A stretch of DNA of 60,000 bases. Source: Lytechinus pictus (Eukaryota). The notes under the pieces are model-generated. The model was given only the letters and a program-made list of their open reading frames with translations, was not told the DNA's origin and did not search any database. The position numbers and the translations under genes are program-made. Location: assembly GCF_037042905.1 (NCBI RefSeq), contig NC_087251.1:39000001-39060000 (forward strand), read 5' to 3'. Below are positions 52,514 through 60,000 of this stretch, piece after piece (position 1 is the first letter of the stretch; each line of letters starts with the position of its first letter).

Positions 52514-55500
52514 GAAATATTGAAATAATCAACGTTTAAAACGTTCTTGTTTCTGAATGTGTGAAGTAAGCGCATAATGCGAGTGTGTGTGTGGTTATGT
52601 GGGTGTCCGACCATGAATATACCAAGAACAACCATCCTTTAAGAGCACGGAAGGCATCATAAATATGTATTCGATTGACTGGACTGCAATTTTGATGACC
52701 CTTTTTATGAGTTTAGTTTTTAACAGGATATCCGAACATCCAATGCAATATTTGTTCATGTATAGATTTCAGTGTAAATATTTTTTGTTGTTTTGTAGGT
52801 ACTTTTCGACGAACGTAGAGGGCGTCAAGTGCTGGTGCTCTCTACGTTCGTTGATATTTTTATAAATTTGAATATTGATTTCAATCTGGTTATATGACGT
52901 AACAATTCCATTTCTTCACTTAACTGAGTTAAAAAAGGTAAGGATATAGAAAATGAGAAAGTTGTTTACTTCCCGCTCTGTATAGGGTACTCAATATCAA
53001 CATTGTCCAGTTTTTCTTCTCTCTCGTGTGCGGAGCGGACAAACAAAACATATACTTTTGGATGTTTTATTGATTTGGTGCATTGTTAATATAAATGTTA
53101 TTTATCATAGCGAATACGTTAACGTCGAATGTAGGCAATCAAACATTGTTATTTATATTTTTTCTATGGATCCATAGTGTGTATGTTAAAATCCTATACA
53201 TTAAAAACATGCTTAATAAGATATTTTTGATGCTTCTAATACTATGCTTTTAAATGAATATTGATACTTTAGCATGTCTCATGTGCTGAGTTTTCCTTTT
53301 GAAAAAAGCCTTCTATTCATTGCCAAATATACGAGGATAAACGAAATAGTATATAAATAACAATTTGGACTTCTAACACAATTATATTGATGTAATTTGT
53401 TGAAATATGTTTCGTTACAATGGGGAGACTCGTTAAAGAATATTGAATGCACAAAAAATAATTCGCCTAAAAACAAACAGCTCTACATATGCCTATTTCT
53501 TATTTGCATTGATTATCATTGTAATATGTGAAATAAGTGAATCATTACGTTACGATGATGGCGTGGTCTTATTTGCAATAAACTTCCAAACTGCTTATAA
53601 GAAATAAATTGCCGGGAATGAAGATTTTGACAATCAATCATTATGGTGATTAAGTTTGCCGATCAAATTTGGAATGTATAACTTATAAAGTAAATACAGC
53701 CTGATATGAAAGGATATGAAATGAAAATTGTAATGTTGAAAGTAAAAAATGTAATTAGTCATTTCTAAAACCAAAACTGTCACTTGTGTGGATTGTTTGA
53801 GAGCTTCGTAACTGAAGCCTATATTTTCACGTAAACTATTAAAAACAATTGATTAAAAATTGTTAACATTGATTTCTTGCCTGGTAACCTAATGTATGTA
53901 AACATAATCTTTTTCTAGTTGGCTAGCTTTTGTATTGGTATTAAATTCGATACCACAGCATTAAAAATAAATAGATGTATATACACATAATGAAATCTAT
54001 AGTAGGCCTGTCGTGGAACGGTTGAATAAATCCAACTCGGCTTTGTAATTATGCGAGAACAGTTCTTCCGTGTGTTCCAGGAAATATACAGTGTACATTG
54101 ATTTATTGATTTTTTTTTGGCTGTAAATATTCACTACATGAATGTGATCATTTTTGTGATAATGTATTTCCCTTTATTGAAAAAAAAATCATGCTTACTT
54201 TTTAACGTAAAACATTAAAAAAAAAATATTACAGCACTGTTGGTATTGCCATCAGATGGATTAAAACTAAATTTATCATAATAAAAATAGAAGAAGCCGG
54301 GTTTAAAGATTTACATGGGTGACCCCCTGCCATCCCCTTCTGCGTACTACCACGGCTGACTATTATATATCGAGACAATAAATCCGAATCCAGTGAAGTC
54401 TTGGGGGGGGGGGGTAGGGCATCCAATGAAGAACAAAAAACTTCCAATAGATCAGTATGCAATGGGACAGGTGCAATGCTATATCCTTTGTTAGTCAAGA
54501 GAAAGTCATTCAACTTTTGTCTGCATAGATGATGGCATTTTATTCTGAGGAAAGAAACTATTAGTCGATAGAGCATCTTTGTTTAATTTCGTTTCTTTTT
54601 TCTGCGTTCAAGGAAAGCAATGATTAGATGTTATAAAAGATAAACAGTAGCAAGAGTTTAAAGTAACTGAAAAAAAAACGTGATGTCGAGTACATAATTG
54701 AAGTCACGATTCAGTTGAAAATATATGCAGTGTGGAAAGCAGGAGACCGCCATCTCCAGTGGTAAGGGCTGAATAGATGTGTGTTGCATTGGCATTGGTG
54801 TGTCCATTACTGTAATTGAATTTTTAAGAATGATTAATTTGAATGTATGAGGAATTTATGTATCATAACTATTATAACACAAATAGTACTATTGTCTTAT
54901 ATTAATGCTCGTTACGAGCAGGGCAAATGACAGCCTTGTTTAATAAAAACAGCGTGGTCATTCACTTTGCCTGTGTTTCATAATGATTGTTCTAAACTTG
55001 ACATATGAGGCCAAAATCGAGGTATATCATCGATGAATTATCACCATGTTAGTTTTTTTTTTCCTGATGACGAATTTGCCCTATCTCAGTTAATCAGTTT
55101 TTTCTGACTGCAAGCTTTTTTCTCATTACCCTTTTTTTCCGATATACGGAGTATCTGGTCTTTTGTTCTGAGCCAGGGCCCTGGGAAAGATTTTTTTCAA
55201 AAAAAAGTGAGGATGTTGAAGTTAATTTTGAAAAGCCCCCCAAAAAGTCTTTTAAAATAAAAATAGAAGTCAAATTGGTACCGATAAAATTTGAAAGCCC
55301 CCCCCCCAAAAAAAAAGGTTTTATCTATTTTGGTTACATTTGTCTTTTTTTACACATCTTCCAGAATACTCGGGGGTGCTGCCTATGGAGAATAATACAC
55401 GCACCACTTTCAATGAATTGTTGCTTAACAGGGCCATGTTCTAAGCCCCGACTGTACTCCAAGCTGAGGTCTATCCGCCCTCTCACACGGTACCAAAATC

Positions 55501-56614
55501 GTAATTTGAATGACGATTCCAGTGAAAAATAATTCTAATGACGAATTTCCAGCACGTGTGAAACCAAACTAGAATCACGAATGCTAATCATAATCACGAC
55601 AAATTCTACTCCGGAGGTGAATTCCAGTTCAGTTTAACTCAAATTACGGTACGAATTTTACGTCTGGAAGGGTTGACCTGCAAAACAACTTTTGAGGGGC
55701 GGAGCTTACGTGACATTTCAATCACTTAGTTTCTTTTTTTCCAATGCAGTGCTTTGATTGGGTTTGATTGTCAAATCACAAAGGACACAATACCGCCTTC
55801 ACTCAGGAATTCGATTTTAAAAAATCACAGTTTTCGAGTGAACGTGTGAATATGGTACAATGATTCTAAATACAAATTGCAATCATTACAAAGATGATTC
55901 AAGATTCTCGTGTGAAAAGGCCCTAGGTTGTATTGGAAAGTAGCCTTAGAACGATCAACGGAGATTTTTCGCATTTACTCCGGAGAAACTCTGCAACGCA
56001 TCGATTCCTTTGAAAATGCAATTAAAATCACAATTGAGAGCTGAGAGGCTTTTATCGAAATTTAGTGGACTGGGACAGCCGATCATCCGAAGATTTGCAC
56101 CAGACGAACAATTGCAAATTTTGTCATTTTCCAGAGTCAAGGGATTCCGATTTCGACAAAAGCCTCTCAGCTCTCCTTTGTAATTTAACTTCCGTTTTCA
56201 AAGGAATTGGTGCGTAGTAAATACGAAAACTATGGATATAAATTCTACTAAATTTATTTGGAGAAAGCCGAATCAAGGAAAGCATTCACGTCAAATACAC
56301 ATTAAAAACAGATGCGATCTAATATTTGTACTCTCTTAATACGAAAGATCTAATCTGGTTCCTAATCACACTCGTCTCGGTGTGAGATGATCTCACTCCT
56401 TATGAAGTGAGTTTTGCATCTTTTGAGACTGGAATAAAGGATGCACAAGCAGTTCACTCAAAGAGGAGTCATAATGCACTCTAAAACGATGTACAGTTCA
56501 CTTCAAAGGGATTGGTCCCTGGTATCACTCCGAGAGGAATGTTATTAGGGACCAAACAGCTCCTTTGCATTTAGAGTCAAGGAACATGTAAATTGACTTA
56601 CGGATTATAATCAC

Positions 56615-56802
56615 CATTGGCGGACCAGGGGGAGGGGGCAAATCTGGCTCGTGCACCACCCCCCCCCCCCCCCTGTGAGTCAATATTTGTAGAGGATAAT
56701 GTTGGGGATATGCAATTGAAGATCTTTTTATTCTTTTTTTTTAGCTTGTCAATTCTTCTGAAGAGAAATACCCCCTTCTGGAAAATCCTGAATCCGCTCC
56801 TG
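56615..56802. mobile_element. hAT-like MITE shared by both copies (copy 1 ~38503-38698)
   Basis: Termini cattggcggacc / aatccgctcctg; flanks ataatcac / attatcac. Confidence 0.6.
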
Positions 56803-57118
56803 ATTATCACTTATACAACAACGTACCTCTTACTTGGACCGCCCATCATTTTTTGTCATAAGAGCGCATGCATTATTACGTCACTCATCTAAAGCGTGCA
56901 AACGTTCATCATCTATCATCTAAGTGCAAACCGCTTGCATTGTTACGTCACTCGACTAATGCGCGCATACGTCAGTAACTGTTGTATTATCTACTCCACG
57001 TTGCTACCAACTAATCACAATTTTTTCAAGCGTTTCATCGATCAGAACAAACGTTGAATTCAGCATGTAATTCGCAAGAAAATCAAGTGAATAAAGCTGA
57101 TTTACCGAAAGATCGACT

Positions 57119-59228
57119 ATGGAACTTGGAAAATTCTTCGTGCTGGTTTTGGCCTGCATTTTGCTCGTTTCGGGCAATGCAGATGCCAAATTCAAACGCG
57201 GAGAAATCTCTACGGAACAGGTGAGTTGTAACAAGAGTGGGGTTATTTTTAAAGAAGAGAGGGAGGGAGGGGTGGAGACTGATGTAGAAACATCGGGGTG
57301 GATATGGGGCTAAACCTTTGAATGGAGTTTGGATGTAAAATGTTCATTGACATGATGGGGAGTGTGTGTACACATACCATCGTATACTTTTTTATTATTC
57401 TACAAATAGAATATTGAGAAGGACCGAAGCGAGTGAAGATCAATTTTAGAAAGTCATCTGAAAAATTTACAAGCAAAGTTTCATCAATTTTTAGTACAAA
57501 ATGTTAGGAAATATTATAGAGAACAAAATAGCAGATGATTAAAACTATTGAATTCATATTTTTAGTGTAATCCAAAGACAAAATAGAAGGCTTAAAAAAT
57601 ATAAAGTATCCGGACACCCGACCCCCCATCCTACTACAAAATATAATTTGTGATAATTATAGAAAATAATAATTGATATTAATAATAATAACACTAAGGT
57701 TAATGATAATAAGTGTAGGCCTATACGTTTATATCATATCAGTAGCGTAAGCAGTATTTTTGAAAGGGGGGGGGGGGCTTTCAAGCTGAATGAAACGTTT
57801 AGAAGAAAAAAAACGACTTACCCAAAATTTGAGGTCGTTTCGTACCAAACAAATTTATTACGGGGGCTGGGAACCCTTGTGACCATCTCCCTGCGTACAA
57901 AATGGGTTTTATAGAGTTAAGGGGGTTGAACCCCTGTGCTGTAGCCCCCCCCCCCTCCCTTCCCCCTGCGTACGCTACTGTATCATATAAAGAATATGAT
58001 TAGATTTCATCAGGTCATTGATAAAAAACAGCTTTTTGCTGATCTTTTGTATCTGAATGAATATATTGTAATAAATAAATAAATTTCTACCCGCTTTAGC
58101 CCTGGGCAAAGATTGAACACAACATCCCCACCTGGAATTTTTTGGGATGCTCCCCCCGCTATTTTCGTCTTGACAAAGAATGAAGAAAAACAATGAATAT
58201 GGTCTCGCCAGAAATACCTGGGTTCCGTTTCATAAAGATTTTAAAACAACATTTACACAACTTCTATAACGGGTTTAAATATCAGCCAATCAAATCGAAT
58301 GATTTTAGTAGCTTTAAACTGATATTGCGAATGTCTTATAGTAACAAGTTTTATGAAAAAGGCACCAGGACTTTTTAGAATAAAGATTCTGTTCAATATT
58401 CAACGGTAGTTTTGTATGGTACAGCCTCAGCAAATGAGTGTTGAAAGCATGCTAAAATTTGTCTAGAATGCGTTTAGGATTTTACATTTTCATTCATTAT
58501 AAAAAAGAGAGTAGTCGTCAAGAATGAAACGGTTAAAGCGCATGGTAAGAAAAAGGAGCCATTCACAAATGCGTTTTGAAACTGGGGATTTGATAATGAT
58601 CCCCTTGTAAAACACAAGATCTAAAACAGTGTTTAACATTTGAAAATGGAAAAAAAAACGAAAATAAAAAATGTGAAATATTATATCTTAATATATTAAA
58701 CATCAAAAGTTGGCCAAAGGAAAAAAAAAGGATTAAAAAAAATAAAAGTAAAAGGTATGTCTTAAAAAAAACTAAATCAACGAAAAAATATCAAAACGTT
58801 AGGCATAGATTTTTACTTTAAAAGGCTAAAAGTTTATTTTGCGATTGAGAGAGTGCTTGCCTCATTACGCCATGCCGAACAGGTTTGAAAAAAGCTCCGT
58901 CCTTTTTTATTAAAGACTGGACTTGTTTCAATACTACTCGAAAAACCTGAAACAAAATTTCGTTTGCATCTTGACATAGTAAAAGAAAATATTCCATTTA
59001 GATGCATTGATAAAATGTACATATCGAAAATGATCTATTTTAACAAATGCACAATTTTTTCCAAGGAAATTACTTTTGCTCAACTAACTTTATTCGCTAT
59101 TTAATGTCCCCTCTCTCTCTCACTCTTACTTCCACCTTTCTTCCATATAGGATATGGCCTTCCTTGGGCAATTTTATTTCCAAAACAGGGAAGACAACAT
59201 CCTAAACTTCACTATCACATACCCCGCT
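57119..59228 (+). CDS. TMEM145: Second copy of the TMEM145-like gene, exons 1-2 (partial; rest outside the window)
   Basis: Exon 1 57119-57220 is identical to 39019-39120. Exon 2 59151-59228 differs from 41047-41124 by one synonymous change (GAG/GAA). Splice sites are intact. Confidence 0.85.
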
Positions 59229-60000
59229 GTAAGTAATCCCCTTTTCAAAATGGTATACCGGGTTTAAATTTTATCTCAAGTTTAGATTGGTCTAAAGTCA
59301 TATTTCTAACGACCACCGTACACCTTACGACTGGTCAACAATCCGATTTTGGAACAAAAATCTCATTTTGCTCATTTTCTGAAAATGTGAATAAAATGAG
59401 GTTCAAATTAAGTAAACGAATATTAATATAACAATTTTGGATGACTGTAAGCCTTTATTTTGTAGAAGAGTCCAAATTAGTTTCAAATTGTTATGACGAT
59501 CGTTATGACGTTATTAGGATTAGATATTAAATTCGCTTTTATTCTAATAAGGATGATGGTAGCGTTGTCACAGATTTAAACATAGATATTCGTAAGATGA
59601 TTTTTAGAACATTACACAATGAGATAATCCATGTCTCAATATATGAGCATCAAATTCTAACTACGTTTTATTCCAAGATTGGGTAGCAGACCAATCGTAA
59701 GGTATATGCGGTGGCCTTTAAGCACGCACTCCAGTTTATCTCCAAATGAAAAAAAAAGAATGAACAAATTCTATTAGACAATGTACATTTCAGTACAAAC
59801 CATAGATATTTTCTAAAAAGAAAATTGTAATATATTCCGATTTTTGACATATATGGCATGGAGATAATAATTATAACGTAAATAGTCTCTTTGGGTTATA
59901 CAGGTTTGTATATATGTTTTAAATAGAGAGATCGGTAAGTGAACAACTTAAATCGAGTGATGATAGATTCCACTCTTGTATTATACGTGAAGATTTATCA

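Larger units (their letters stand above)
52605..60000 (+). repeat. Segmental duplication, copy 2 (continues beyond the window)
   Basis: Matches 34293-~41915; initial offset 18,312 bp. Confidence 0.95.

Overview
AT-rich, intron-rich animal genomic DNA. The exon structures and repeat families suggest an invertebrate deuterostome such as a sea urchin (inference). The window holds five main things. (1) The 5' part of an apparently intact PHD-APE-RT non-LTR retrotransposon on the - strand (1-2139, runs off the window). (2) A xanthine dehydrogenase/aldehyde oxidase family gene on the + strand, with 31 coding exons from 2964 to 34304 and its first exon upstream of the window. It has two consecutive U12-type introns, an intact FAD/NAD side, a remodelled Mo substrate pocket (E802->Q, R880->K, T1010->H in bovine numbering) and a 1.7-kb intronic array that repeats one exon's 3' end plus splice donor 11 times. 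(3) An intronic tRNA-Ser(GCT). (4) A 20-exon TMEM145/GPR180-like multi-pass membrane protein gene (39019-51830) with a ~640-aa low-complexity tail. (5) An ~18.3-kb tandem duplication that starts at the last XDH codons and begins a second copy of the TMEM145-like gene at 57119. Introns carry many MITEs, L1/Tx1-like fragments and satellites. All exon models were read by hand from splice sites and reading frame, with no transcript evidence. I did not find a clearly new biological system; the splice-donor array and the altered XDH active site are the best leads.
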